NCBI GenBank assembly: GCA_030141605.1
Contig: JAQGDQ010000260.1
Span: 248,001 to 312,000 of the forward strand
DNA length: 64,000 nucleotides
Source of the DNA: Tubiluchus corallicola
Lineage: Eukaryota; Animalia; Priapulida
Reading direction: 5' to 3'
How positions within the stretch are numbered: position 1 is the stretch's first letter; the number at the start of each line of letters is the position of its first letter. The translations under genes and the position numbers were made by a program. Of the stretch, positions 12,501 through 23,001 are shown piece by piece. Under the pieces are notes generated by a model. It ran no database searches. It saw only the letters and a list, made by a program, of their open reading frames with translations, and had not been told where the DNA came from.

Positions 12501-14173
12501 GTTTACACGAAAAGTAAAAAGCAAAAAAATGGAAAGAAAAAGAGGGGAAAGAGAGAGAAGAAAAACAGAAACCGGTAGAGGTATGAGAAGAGATGAAAAA
12601 AGCAAGAGATAAAGGAGAATTGGTTGGAGAGAAAGTCAGAAAGAAAAAAGAGGAAAGGGGAGGGAAATCAGTAAGAAACAGAAATAGGAGAAGAAAGAAA
12701 GAAGGAAAGAAAGAGAAAGAGACTGAGAGAGAGAAAGAGAGAGACAGAGAGACTGAGAGAGAGAAAGAGAGAGACAGAGAGAAAGAGAGAGAATATTGTC
12801 CCTTACTCGCCATGGTCAGGAATATCCTATGCGAAACTGCTACGCCATATGTATTGTTAGATATACATTGATAAACGCCTTCGTTGTCTTTACTAAGATT
12901 ATCCAAATTTAGATTTCCCTTTTTAACGATTTCCTTAATAAATGTGTCATCTTTGATCCAAGAGTATCTGAAGAAGAAAAACGAATAAAGCTTTCACAGC
13001 TCCAGTGATTGATGATTATCAAGAAAAGGTCGAAACTTAAGTGTACCACACAACGCATTTGTGTACATTTCACAAAGCCTCGCAGCCCGTAACCGTTTTA
13101 ACAGCCAGCTAGAACCTTACCTAGTTCATTTTTTATTGTTCCCAAGCAAGACCCTCCTAGTAAATAGCTCTAAGTAAAGTTCAACTTAAACAACTGAAAT
13201 TATTGAACTAATGCGGCAGACGGCCTTGCTTTACCCACAGTCACGTATCGGTCGTAGTTAAGACGCGTTGCTGTGGTACACTTGACCTTTAACCTACAGC
13301 AAATGCACGTGCACACAACGACACTGTGAAAAGGCTTATTGATTGCAGATTAAATTAAAGAAATTGTGAACACAAAATACACGAAGCAAAGAAAAAGTGG
13401 TCAAGGAAAAGGAAGAAGATAGCAAACGCTCCATTTCTCCCCCAAATAAAAGTGGATAAAAAGGAACTTACGTTGGGTTTGGATTTCCCACTGCAGCACA
13501 TTCCAGAGTTACCGTAGCTCCAGGCGTAAAGACAATCTCTGGATGAGGTACAGCTGTAAAGAGTGGAGGTGTTCCAACGCCATCTAGAAAACAAATTACA
13601 GAAATAAATTCACATTGCACACTATTAAGAATTAACGGTGATTACAATTTACTGTCGAAGTAGTGTAGCAAATTTGTTGACAAAAACACAAGAAGAGCAC
13701 CAAAAAAGCAACGGGTTCCATACGCTGCAACCCAAAGGGGGTGGCAGCTAGAAATAGAGCGTGTGTGACGTTTTGCCATTTCATGAGTTTAAGTAGGCGC
13801 AGGTCTATTATAAAAAATGTTTTTGGGTGCTTTTTACTTTTTCTGTTTTTATCTATACCTAGTACTCATAATGTTGTACAATTCACAATTATTATTAATC
13901 GTACGTTGCAATTAACTCATTAACTACTAATAATCGCAATTTGTCTTAATTGGACTAATGTAATTCGTACGTTGTGTAAACTGTGTTACCCCGAAATTCA
14001 TAATTCCTTGTGAAATTATCAGTTAAGATTATATTAGCCAAATTACTTTATTCAAAATTAAATTGTAGTGAAACGTCGTGCCTTTTCTGATTGTGAGTTC
14101 ATTATTATATTATTATTGTTGTGGTGGTGGTGGTGGTCGCCGTCGTCATCGTCGGCATCATCATCATCATCAA

Positions 14174-14234
<61 letters not shown>

Positions 14235-17200
14235 TCGTTTTAATCCGTAATTTATAATGTTTACTGTATTGTACTGTTTAGATATTCCCTAAAAAGCAGC
14301 TCAGTCTTGTTTTTGCGTTTCTGTAAGTAGACGGCCATCGCTCAAAGTATTGCCAAAGCTATTATGAGTGTGATGCTTCTGTTTATGTTGATGCTTGTAG
14401 AAAGACCAGGATTCAATTCACTTCACTCTCTTTCTTACTTCCTTTTCTATTTGAAACTATGAGAACAAATCCAGGAAATAAAGTCACAGGTAAAGAAGTC
14501 ACATTAAATCAGTCACAGGAAAAAAGTCACAGGAAAAGAAGAAATAACCCTAACCCTAACTCTAACTTCCTTCTCTATTTGAAAATACCTGAATAAACCC
14601 AGCTTATAAAGTCACAGGTAAAAATATAACCCTAACCTCAAACTCTAACCCCAATCCTGGCTTTAACTCTGACTTGAATATTTTTGCCTGATTACCTGAC
14701 TTTCTTTCATAGCCGAAATTGTGACTTTTTTAGCCACCGTAAATTAATTGTGACAGTTTTGCTGTGATTTTTTTCCTAGCTAAAATTGTGACTTTTTTCT
14801 GTTACTTTTTCCCCCTGTGACTTTTATTACCAGGTACCATTTGAACAAACCAAACCACGCAGTTCTTAACCCACTTCAAGAATTAATTTCTTTGTGCCTA
14901 GAATTGTTAGCCAAAACGAGAATTCTAGTCACACGAAACAAATCCGACATTATGAAAATTCGGCTCACGCCAGTCAAATTAAAATCACAAAGGTTGCTTC
15001 GAATCAGCAACAAATTACAACATGCTAGGAGTCAGTCACTTTTCTCTGCTGCAGTGGTTGCTTTAAACTGATAAAAGCAGTTATTAAGACAACAATAGAC
15101 ACGTCATGCCCTACTTGTATGTAATTCAGATGCTCGAATAACATTTTAAATAATTATGATAATTAAACCCAGTGCGTTCAGACTGCGTTACGCATTAATT
15201 GACAATGTCTTGCGTTTTTTGATGCAAAAATATACAATGCTTATTAAACAGGTCAGGTCTGGGCAAAGGGATTGAACTCTTGGTATTTTAGAGTGATCAG
15301 TAACAGTAATTTGTACAACAAGAAATATTCTTTTCAATGCAACGTTTATTGCAGCAAAATGGTAAATAAAGCGCAGTAACTCGAATTTGCAAGTGAGAAA
15401 GAATTTGGCTAAGATTCTGAACGTGGTCATAGGGTAAACATCTTAATATATAGTTTTGCAAAAAAAACAAACTCGCGAGATTAATGTTATTGCGTCAAAT
15501 TCAAGTTATGATCGAAGCAGATCTGCCAAGAGAAACGTAAGATTAAAATTCAAAGTAGTTTAGGATTTAAACTAAGTCTGATCCGATGCAATGCTCAGGC
15601 GAAATATGATGGTCAATGAAAAAATGCTGCTCATTGGGTAAACATCACTTTTGACATAAAATAACGTAGACCACCCACATATTTTACACATTTAACAGTA
15701 TAAAACTTTATGTTAGACGTATTTATTTAAAACCAACTTTATGTGCCCTTTATATAGTGTTACAAAAAGACGCCACTTGTCTAATTGTCTGGGAAACTGT
15801 AACATTTCTCGAGGCTGTTTATGTGATTCAAATGTTTAAATCTAACAAGATCGTATTTAGCTGTGACATTTATTAGCACAAGAGACTGTGTCTTAGTTAA
15901 ATTAATAAGTCTTGAGATTTGTCCATCTTCATGAACTTGATGATAATTGACAGCAAAGTGCGCACAAAGAGATTGTATTCTAATGGTACAGTTGTTTATC
16001 TGAATAATGATAATAATGGTGACCTACATCATCATCATTTAACGTGGTAATTGTGCTACAAAGTCGCAACACAATAATTCAAATAATGCAACACGCCAAC
16101 GCCATTTATTCTATTTTTCTCAAGCAGGGCAAACAGAAAGTTAATAACACCGACGGGAGTACAATAACAACGCAAAAACGGCAGTCGATCATGGTACCTT
16201 ACAGATTTCTTACAGATGAGAATTAGTGGTAGACAGTAGGGGTGAGCATTGAACGTTCGAGTTCGAACGAGTTTTTGTTAGTTCTAACTCGCTTCGAACA
16301 TAAAACTATAGATTCGAATAATTCAGCATTTCCATCACACCTGTTCTTTAAAATTAAAACGACTGAAACATCATACAATTAGCATAAGCTGTGATTTCTG
16401 TGCACAGTTTTAAGCAGATTATTAGTCGTTTTATTGCAGAACAAAATCAAGTGATATGCATGATCTTTGTAAGACTAATTGTTACTAGTGGTTCGAAAAC
16501 TTGTTCGAAAATCTTTTAATCTCCGTTCGAATTCGAAACACTGAAGTTCGGTTCGATTCGAATTCGAGAGTCACAAATTCGGTTCGATTCGAATCCGCTT
16601 TCTGGTAGAAAATGTTCACTCCTAGTAGACAGAAGTTATCATGGCATACAGTGTTTACGATTTTAACAGCAAGCGTTGAAAGACAAAACTCTGTAACAGT
16701 GTTACAATAGTGACAAGACAATGACAATGGCGACATCATGGTAGCCATTCCGTGTTCGTCCGTCACCGTTTATCCAGCTCAACTACTAGCCCCCAACCAC
16801 TACGTTTTAATCATCTAGTAATTTTTTCTAGTTCAAATGTTGTTTCTGTTGCTCTGCACGTTATTTAGAATGGGCGAACTTTTATAAGCAAGTCACAGGC
16901 GTACGAGCCAAGGGGGCTGCAGCCCCACCCCCGGTTTCTGGCAAACACATTTTTTGCGAACAATCACGACATTTTTCCGGCTTAGGCCAAATGATGAAAA
17001 ATATAAAATAATTATTTTTATAAAGGGAAATCTTGAAATTTCTCCAGGCCGCCAAATGAAGTGCCCGAAATCCGTGCATTTTTTTATCATAGGGTGGGGT
17101 GAGACAATTCCTGATTCAAAGTTGACCCTGAATTTTTCGGGCAAAATTCGTTCAGCTTCCTTGGAAAAATCGGCCCGTACACCTATGAAGCAAGGAGTTG

Positions 17201-20200
17201 GGCTGAAGTTAAATTGGCTACGTATATATTTTCAGCGTGAAAGTATTTTGTATGCTATTGAGACTAATAACTCTGCGAAAAATCACCTTTAACATCTATT
17301 GTGGATTTGTGGAACTAATGAATTTATTACGAATTAGACAAATTGAACTAGTATACGCAGGGGAAAAACTAGTGCCGAACGAGCTAAAAACAATAAATAT
17401 AAAAACATAAAAGACACGATCTGTACAGAGTGATGCACCAATGGATTTAGAATGTTGAGAATTAAAAGTTCATATTTACCTACAGAGCTCAGCTTTAATG
17501 ATATTGCTTCCTGTTCTTACAAGATTTTAAGAGACGCATGGTATTCAGCACTACAAAGCTAGAAACGTATACATGGTTTCTTATTGTTATAACAATGGAC
17601 AAGAAGTATGTACAATTAAGCAGATACCACTGATTGATCCAGTACAGAACGACAGAGTCAAGTACAAGACACTTGGTCTGTCTATAAGATTGCTCAAGTT
17701 TATAATCTTGACTAAACCCATTGCAAACACAAAACGTTTATTTCTGTTGACAGAAGAGATGATGTAGACCCAGATTTCGAATTCTTGACTCTTGACTTTT
17801 CATCAATGGCGTGATAGGTCGGATTTTGCATCAAACACGCTGTAATGAAGAAACTAGTTTTGCTTGATAGTGCAGTTGCTGAAATCATCTGTGTCAAAAG
17901 TGCAAATAATAGAACAAATAACATAATGGCAGTTATAACTGTTAGATGAAAGAAGGTTTATTTGTCTTTGATTTATCCGACGTCTGCTGGAAAATTTCAA
18001 GAAATCTTGTGAATAATTTTCTCTGAAAACTTTATACTTTTGACACGTTTACCGTCATAAGTATGCTTATAGATAACTTATAGATAGTCACTTTAATAGC
18101 TTTTGATGAAACGCGTGACACTTTCAACACCAACTTACATGTATTTGTTTTTTAAAACTGTTCAATGCAGCTAACTGTTCAATCAGAGAAACTGTCATGT
18201 TCTGTAATGATGTATCATAGGTTCTATTCACCGTATGTTTCTTTTTTGTTGTATTGTTGTAGCCTTGTAAATGCAATAAATTTATATAAATTCATTATCA
18301 CATTATAAGAAATCTTTTTCCCAGGCGCGTTTAGTCACAAGGAAATCAATTTTAAAGTTTTACCTCTAAATTATAGGTAATAAATGTGTAAAATTTGCTC
18401 ACACAAACCAGAATAATGGCGTCTAAACTCTAAAGATTCTAAAAAATAAAAAGGCGTTATTTAGTTGTCACGATAAACGCTAATAATTACTGTAATTAGA
18501 ACGACTATTACAGTTTCAGATACCATTACAGATAACTTGGTCGAAAATGCACACCCCGTTAAGACAAATGTGACAGCATTTTGCGTAACAAGGTAGTTAG
18601 TGTCAATTAAGGACCTGGTGGAACATGAGAAGGTTCTGAACTTCAGATCATTAACGCTGGTGTCAGTCTTTTTTCTAAGCAATTAACTTACTAAAGAGCT
18701 CTTCAGCTGTGCATCAGTTCTGTCCTCAGGTTTTGAAATTGAGAATTCACTGGAGCAGATAGATTTTTAGGCAACTGAACTCTTCCAGCATGTGCCCCAT
18801 TTCCGTAGGCGTCTATTAGTATTCTAACGGGTCCTTTGTCTTTTCCTTTGGTCGTTAAGACAAGTTACTCTATATACAGTAAAATATCTTACAGCACGGC
18901 TTATTTCTTGCTTCCATAACCTTTAAGTTTAAATGAAAATTTCCTTCTGGTTTGGGTTGAATTTGAATTTTCATCAGTTTCTCATTTTTTAAGCAACAAC
19001 ACAATTTGTTAACTATTAAATTTGGTAGGTGAACAGGGCCGGATTGAGGCCACTAGGTTAATGAAATTATGGGGCTCCCAGACGGAAATTGGAGCCACCC
19101 TCTAATTTGCTTGCGCTCGTCTCGATACTTTTGATATGTTTTAGCATTTATTTGCATTGCTAGAGGTCCCACATTTCAAGTAAAGGGGCTCAAAGAGGGG
19201 CCCTTATCTCAAACAAAGGGCCGAAAACAAGAGCCCTTAGTCTCAAATAAAAGGGCTTACACAGGCATCCTTTAAGTCAAACGAGGAGCCACTTTAAAAT
19301 CGGATTTTTAGACTTCTTGGTCTCCTTTTTAATGCTAAAGTTCCTGGCCTCTAATTTTATTTTAAGTTATATGAATTATTCAGCAGTGCAAAGTATGCCC
19401 CCCAAGCTTGAGGAACCCAAGGCTTATAGTAGCCTATAGGGTAATCCAGCCCTGTAGGAGTGGTAGATTACTAATCGATGCGTTTTTACTGCCTACTGAC
19501 GGAAACTTAATTTGAATTTTTTAATCGTTAGACTGACAGTGAAAATTTATTATTCCACAGGAGCTACTGTCTACACTATACTTGTAAAGTATTTAGTAGT
19601 CCCTTGATTCACCCGAATGAATTGAACTTGGGGACTTTTCAGATGTTCTTGTAAAGTTACCAAGAATTGAAATCAACTTTTCTCGCTCACTTCTTCAGGA
19701 GTTGTTTGAGGGCGACGACCGCTACTCGTGACTCCAGAACTAAGAGAACTTTTCAGTACAAAAGGCAGTGCCGTGTTTTTTTATGCAAACCAATGTTTTC
19801 CATACAGAGCTACCCAAACAATGCCAGTGTTCACTTAGGGCAATAGGTTACAGGGAAAGGCAAAAATATGAACACAGAAAAAATAAAAACTTTTGTAACT
19901 ATTGTACTAGTGATAGTTTACCGATTAACATTGTTAGGTCAGTGAGGTTGAAATTGTTCCAGTAAAGAATTCCACAGATAAGAAGCTCGAGGAATAAGCT
20001 GCCGCTCTGCGTAGATCCAGGAATGTTGTACTGTGATCAACAGTTGTTTTAAGTATTTACATAATTCTATTAATTACTGTCAGTCGTCACATTGACATTA
20101 TTGGAATACTGGACCAAGTCCTAATAGACCATTCATCCTTGCTCATGCCAAAGATTTAGCTGGTGTCCAGCATTGGGTCAATGGCATATAAACGTGAGGA

Positions 20201-23001
20201 TTTACAGACGGTTAGTTACAATGTAGAAAGAATGTTGCTTTACATCGTTCAGTACAACACCCTGTATTATCTTCCGGATTGTAATGTTACGGTTAGTGCG
20301 CGTGCGACGCTCCTGGCGGTTGTCATTTGAAACGTTAATCGTGGGATCATCCTCGGATTACGGCAGACTTAATAACCAAGCGCTTTGTAAACGCAGTTGT
20401 TGGTTTTTTTATAAAATGACCTTTGCCCCTTAATTTTGGGCTTGAAATATGCGAGATCAGCCATTCTGAGGTCACGCTGTATAGGAATTTCACATTCCTG
20501 TATATGTACGAATAGGTGCCGTGTTTTACCTAATCAGTAATTACATCACGTTTTTATTGAATATTTTCTGCTTTATGTCTTTTGTATAAATTATGAGAAC
20601 CAAAAAGTAGTCCAGATAGTTGGATAGATGTGTGGTAATTGTTTGCGCAAGTCGGTTGGAAAACTATTTTCTTGTCAGTTATGAAGTTGGATGCACTTCA
20701 CAAACTATATTGGAAAACAAAATTCAAACAGTTCATCTTTAGAACTAAATGCCATAGAAATGAATATCGCGCAAACCAGGGAAATGAAAGTACAATGTTG
20801 AAAAATGAAACATTATAATCTGGTCATTTAAGTATGAACTAAATTTACTATAAGACTGTGAAATGAATGAGCCTACGTTAAAAGTCAAAGAACAAATTAC
20901 AGTATACTGTCAAATTATGTAATTTTTAAGTTTGCACTTTTTTAGATTTCAATATCCGCTCAATTTAAAGCTCCGGTCACAAGATCAAGGTTGAAAATGG
21001 GAATGATCACCTTTGGCAATCATTCTTAATCTCTAATAACAATTGTTGCTTTTTCGATTATGCCTTTTTAACATTTGTGATTAACTTGGCTCATCTGGTT
21101 CAATAATAGGTTGAAAATCACGCATAAATACTACTCATATAGCTTTAGTTGTTCTCACTAACAGTAAACCACTGTTTTTGACCCCAAACTATTGTTATTG
21201 CATATTGTGTAGAATGCACCCTGCTTTATTGTGTTTTGTACAGCTTGCTTCCTATAATAATGGATTATTAGTTTGCCGCTGAAAGGCAAACTAATTAGGT
21301 ATAGTTATAGTGGGGCATTTTGCAAATACCATAATTATTTGATCGGAATTATCTGATATCAAATTGGATACTAAATGCATGTTTTTTGGACGAAATAAAT
21401 TCTTCAAAAGTTCTTTGGATGTGAAGAAAATTTAATATTTTCCACTAGTATCTTAACGGACGTATAGGTATATCTTATAAGTATCATGACGGATTTCAAA
21501 CTCTTTATATATTGATCGTTCTTATGTAGCCGTATGCTAATTGTACACGTCAAACTATAGTTTGGTGACCTCAGACAAAATGTCCTATATCAAAGTTTAA
21601 AGTTTAAGTTTTGTATAACCCACTATGCGTGTAGTTAATAATAATTATATCTACAGTTAAATTTGCCTAGTTGGAGTCATGAATCTACAGACTACAGATG
21701 ACCAAAGGCAAAGAGCAATGACCATAATACATGCGCATGCGCACTGCTGAACAATTGCGCCACTTCGGTAAATCATAACTCATGACATCCACTAAGCAAA
21801 CACTTAAATGTAAACAAACTGTGAAATTATGTTCTTATGAAGAACTGTTTTGTATAGCATTTAATTGTCTTTGTCTTGCATTAATATTTTTATTGTATCT
21901 AAAAGATTCTTGAGTTAAACCTTGCTGCTTTATTGAAAGTTCTGTTTCTAAACAAATAAGCTTATGCAAAAAAAACTATTTTTAATAGGTTTAAATGAGT
22001 ATTTTTAATAATTGCAAGTCATCGTTATCAAACTGTTTATTCTTCATAATAATAAAACCTAGAGAAATTTAGTGTTTTAAAAGTGAAAGTCTTGTTGGCG
22101 ATGATGACAGATGAGATGGGCCTGCTTATCACTTGCATTGAAAGTGTCGTTTTTACTTGACTCTTGCGCCCTTTGCATTTTACCTTTCTATAGCTTTTAT
22201 GTTCGTATTTCTACTTTATTAATATCAGGTTGTTATCACTGTTATTAATGCTGTAAAACGATCATGTTTAATATGTTTAGTAGGTAGCTTACCTCCCGCT
22301 TCGCTTCTAGGTCGTCCTCCAATGTTGGATTTGATAAAACCACCATAATCTGGTGGAATAGGTGGTGGTCCAGAATAATCTCCAAATTGCATATTGTAAT
22401 CCGGGTAGTCACCATAATCACCGTAGTCAATGCCAAAATAATCTTGGTCCTTGTCCCGGCCACGTCCGTTAACGTTGGACTTCACAAAACTGCCGCCGCC
22501 ATAATCGTAATCTGGAGGACCACGTCCACGACCGCCTTGTCGTTTCTTTCCCCTCTGTTGCTTACCCCGGCGTTTACCCTCCTTGCTTTTTGGCCTAGGT
22601 CTGTTTCTCCCACGACCTTCTGTGGGGCTGCGAGGGCCCTCCTGGAAGCTGGGGTAGTCATAGTCCATGTTCGGTGGAATGAATATGTCGCCTGGGATAC
22701 CATCACCCAGGCCTGGAGGTTCGTTCATGTAAGACCCCTGTGGCACGTCCTGATCATCATAAGGCATTTTTTCACCTCCACGACCAGGCCCTCGGTGAAT
22801 TGGACCTTCGTTTTGCACACCACCCGGTAGTCTCGGAGGACTTTGGTCGAAATTTGTTGTTGGTGGTTGTTGTGGTTCACTTTGAGAAGGAGTTTGGGTA
22901 TCTTTGGGCCTAGGCCCTTTGACATTTCCTAACACAGGCGGCAAGTCTTGGCCGTACACTACAGAACAACAGAACAATAAAATCCCAATTTTGATTTCCA
23001 T
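3236..23001 (-). CDS. Spliced gene (12 coding exons, 857 aa): GPI-anchored L1CAM/neuroglian-like protein, SP - low-complexity region - 4xIg - Kazal - FN3 - GPI signal
   Basis: Manual exon chain (minus): 23001-22293, 13583-13472, 12967-12807, 12425-12264, 11162-10989, 10450-10342, 9875-9694, 8582-8439, 7580-7434, 6097-6004, 4462-4175, 3527-3236. All introns GT..AG; phases 1,2,1,1,1,2,1,1,1,2,2; total 2574 nt with no internal stop. L1-family hallmarks: LECAAVGNPNPTYSW, LMCVFGGKPAPEVNW, TGVYQCNASNIHGNIFANSYVNIL. Confidence 0.88.
4175..4462 (-). CDS. Exon: Kazal C-end plus FN3 N-half
   Basis: ttccag|..EGSKVKLKHCGPCTNDTTVEVFGPPAPPEELHLQSCSYGKRKGPKGEKLAGTVAEIIWSPATGYCVPINFYQIEVFNISQPDSEWEILEDNINPE|gtgagt. 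Confidence 0.92.
4752..5279. mobile_element. Non-autonomous hAT (Tip100-like) MITE in an intron
   Basis: TIRs CAGAGGCGGCTCGTA / TACGAGCCGCCACTG (14/15); flanks CTTAACGT and CTTAATAT (6/8 TSD). Confidence 0.85.
6004..6097 (-). CDS. Exon: Kazal domain N-part
   Basis: atgtag|..DCAPCPNQHIPVCGSDGESYINECFVSMKNC|gtgagt; canonical C-x7-C-GSDG-x-x-Y-x-N-x-C-x6-C spacing; too short for the ORF track; required to bridge phase 1 to phase 2. Confidence 0.92.
7034..7405. mobile_element. Non-autonomous hAT (Charlie-like) MITE in an intron
   Basis: TIRs TAGTGTTTCCCAACC / GTTTGGGAAACACTG; perfect 8-bp TSD ATCTAAAC (7026-7033, 7406-7413); subterminal GACCC repeats. Confidence 0.92.
7434..7580 (-). CDS. Exon: Ig4 C-half
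   Basis: catag|..TDPYQLIRGQFGERLIFENAIPEMTGVYQCNASNIHGNIFANSYVNIL|gtaagt; closely matches the L1/NrCAM/neuroglian Ig4 YQCNASN..G...AN..VNVL signature. Confidence 0.94.
8439..8582 (-). CDS. Exon: Ig4 N-half
   Basis: ttcag|..APYFVGPWRPYIDGLMFTYHELECPVYGVPPVSVLWYKDGIPMFPGT|gtatct. Confidence 0.92.
8925..9550. repeat. Polypyrimidine pentanucleotide tract (CTTCT)n grading to (CTCCT)n and (CTTCC)n
   Basis: Direct inspection; source of five spurious ORFs. Confidence 0.97.
9694..9875 (-). CDS. Exon: Ig3 C-half
   Basis: tacag|..PAPEVNWRRVNGTMPKKAMILNNRHELVIENATYYDQGIYECRGSNGAGSVVQTFNVFVE|gtaagt. Confidence 0.94.
10342..10450 (-). CDS. Exon: Ig3 N-half
   Basis: cttcag|..SKPIVELPPEPLFLPDPEMMFLFGEAIHLMCVFGG|gtaagt. 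Confidence 0.92.
10633..10765. repeat. (GAT/GAC)n microsatellite
   Basis: Direct inspection. Confidence 0.9.
10989..11162 (-). CDS. Exon: Ig2 C-half
   Basis: tttcag|..WQAVQLDEHIVHDVSGQLHFTDVRREDTDRFYGCLALSPFAQPNTTEGGVQAVKLDS|gtaagt; the G.L.F..V...D motif is typical of L1/contactin Ig2. Confidence 0.93.
11570..12250. repeat. 43-bp minisatellite, about 15 copies, intronic
   Basis: Unit ~CATTTACTGTCTCTGCTGCATTTACTGCAACAATACCTAAATG, built from two GCATTTACTG subunits. Confidence 0.92.
12264..12425 (-). CDS. Exon: Ig2 N-half
   Basis: tttag|..LQQYPQQGNNIQQHMVVEGQPLTLRCPSLNESYPLPQIVWRSQPISPSGIVPE|gttcgt; an alternative in-frame donor (gtatag) would end the exon at 12279. Confidence 0.88.
12807..12967 (-). 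CDS. Exon: Ig1 C-half
   Basis: cttcag|..YSWIKDDTFIKEIVKKGNLNLDNLSKDNEGVYQCISNNTYGVAVSHRIFLTMA|gtaagg. Confidence 0.93.
13472..13583 (-). CDS. Exon: Ig1 N-half
   Basis: ttttctag|..DGVGTPPLFTAVPHPEIVFTPGATVTLECAAVGNPNPT..|gtaagt. Confidence 0.92.
14100..14233. repeat. Compound trinucleotide tract ending in (ATT)n
   Basis: Direct inspection. Confidence 0.9.
14470..14838. mobile_element. Non-autonomous element with inverted AAAAGTCACAGG arrays and central (AACCCT)n
   Basis: Left half has repeated AAAGTCACAGG, right half repeated inverse TGTGACTTTT, centre TAACCCTAACCCTAAC. Confidence 0.65.
16237..16624. mobile_element. Non-autonomous hAT (Ac-like) MITE
   Basis: TIRs TAGGGGTGAGCATT / AATGTTCACTCCTA; perfect 8-bp TSD GTAGACAG; many subterminal TTCGAA motifs. 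Confidence 0.92.
16894..17187. mobile_element. Non-autonomous hAT (Tip100-like) MITE
   Basis: TIRs CACAGGCGTACGAGCC / GGCCCGTACACCTATG; TSD AAGCAAGT / AAGCAAGG (7/8). Confidence 0.87.
19034..19454. mobile_element. Older non-autonomous hAT MITE
   Basis: TIRs CAGGGCCGGATT / AATCCAGCCCTG; degenerate TSD TAGGTGAA / TAGGAGTG; internal GGGGCCC-like repeats. Confidence 0.75.
22293..23001 (-). CDS. First coding exon: signal peptide plus Pro/Gly/Asp-Tyr/Arg-rich low-complexity region
   Basis: ATG at 23001, MEIKIGILLFCCSVVYG|QDLPP hydrophobic leader; upstream acceptor-like CTTCAG at 23041-23046 (implies an unlocated 5' UTR exon); donor GAG|GTAAGC, phase 1, fits the Ig1 exon. Linkage across the 8.7-kb intron is inferred from strand, phase and the need for a signal peptide. 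Confidence 0.8.

Noticed and set aside
12256-12906. 216-aa ORF as a single exon
   Set aside because: It reads through a GA-rich intron (12426-12806) that joins two real Ig exons in frame.
3236-13583. Calling the gene contactin or a canonical neuroglian/L1CAM
   Set aside because: Only 4 Ig and 1 FN3; the introns between Ig4, Kazal and FN3 showed no further Ig exons; no TM or FIGQY tail. Motifs favour L1 ancestry, but orthology cannot be asserted, so no symbol is given.
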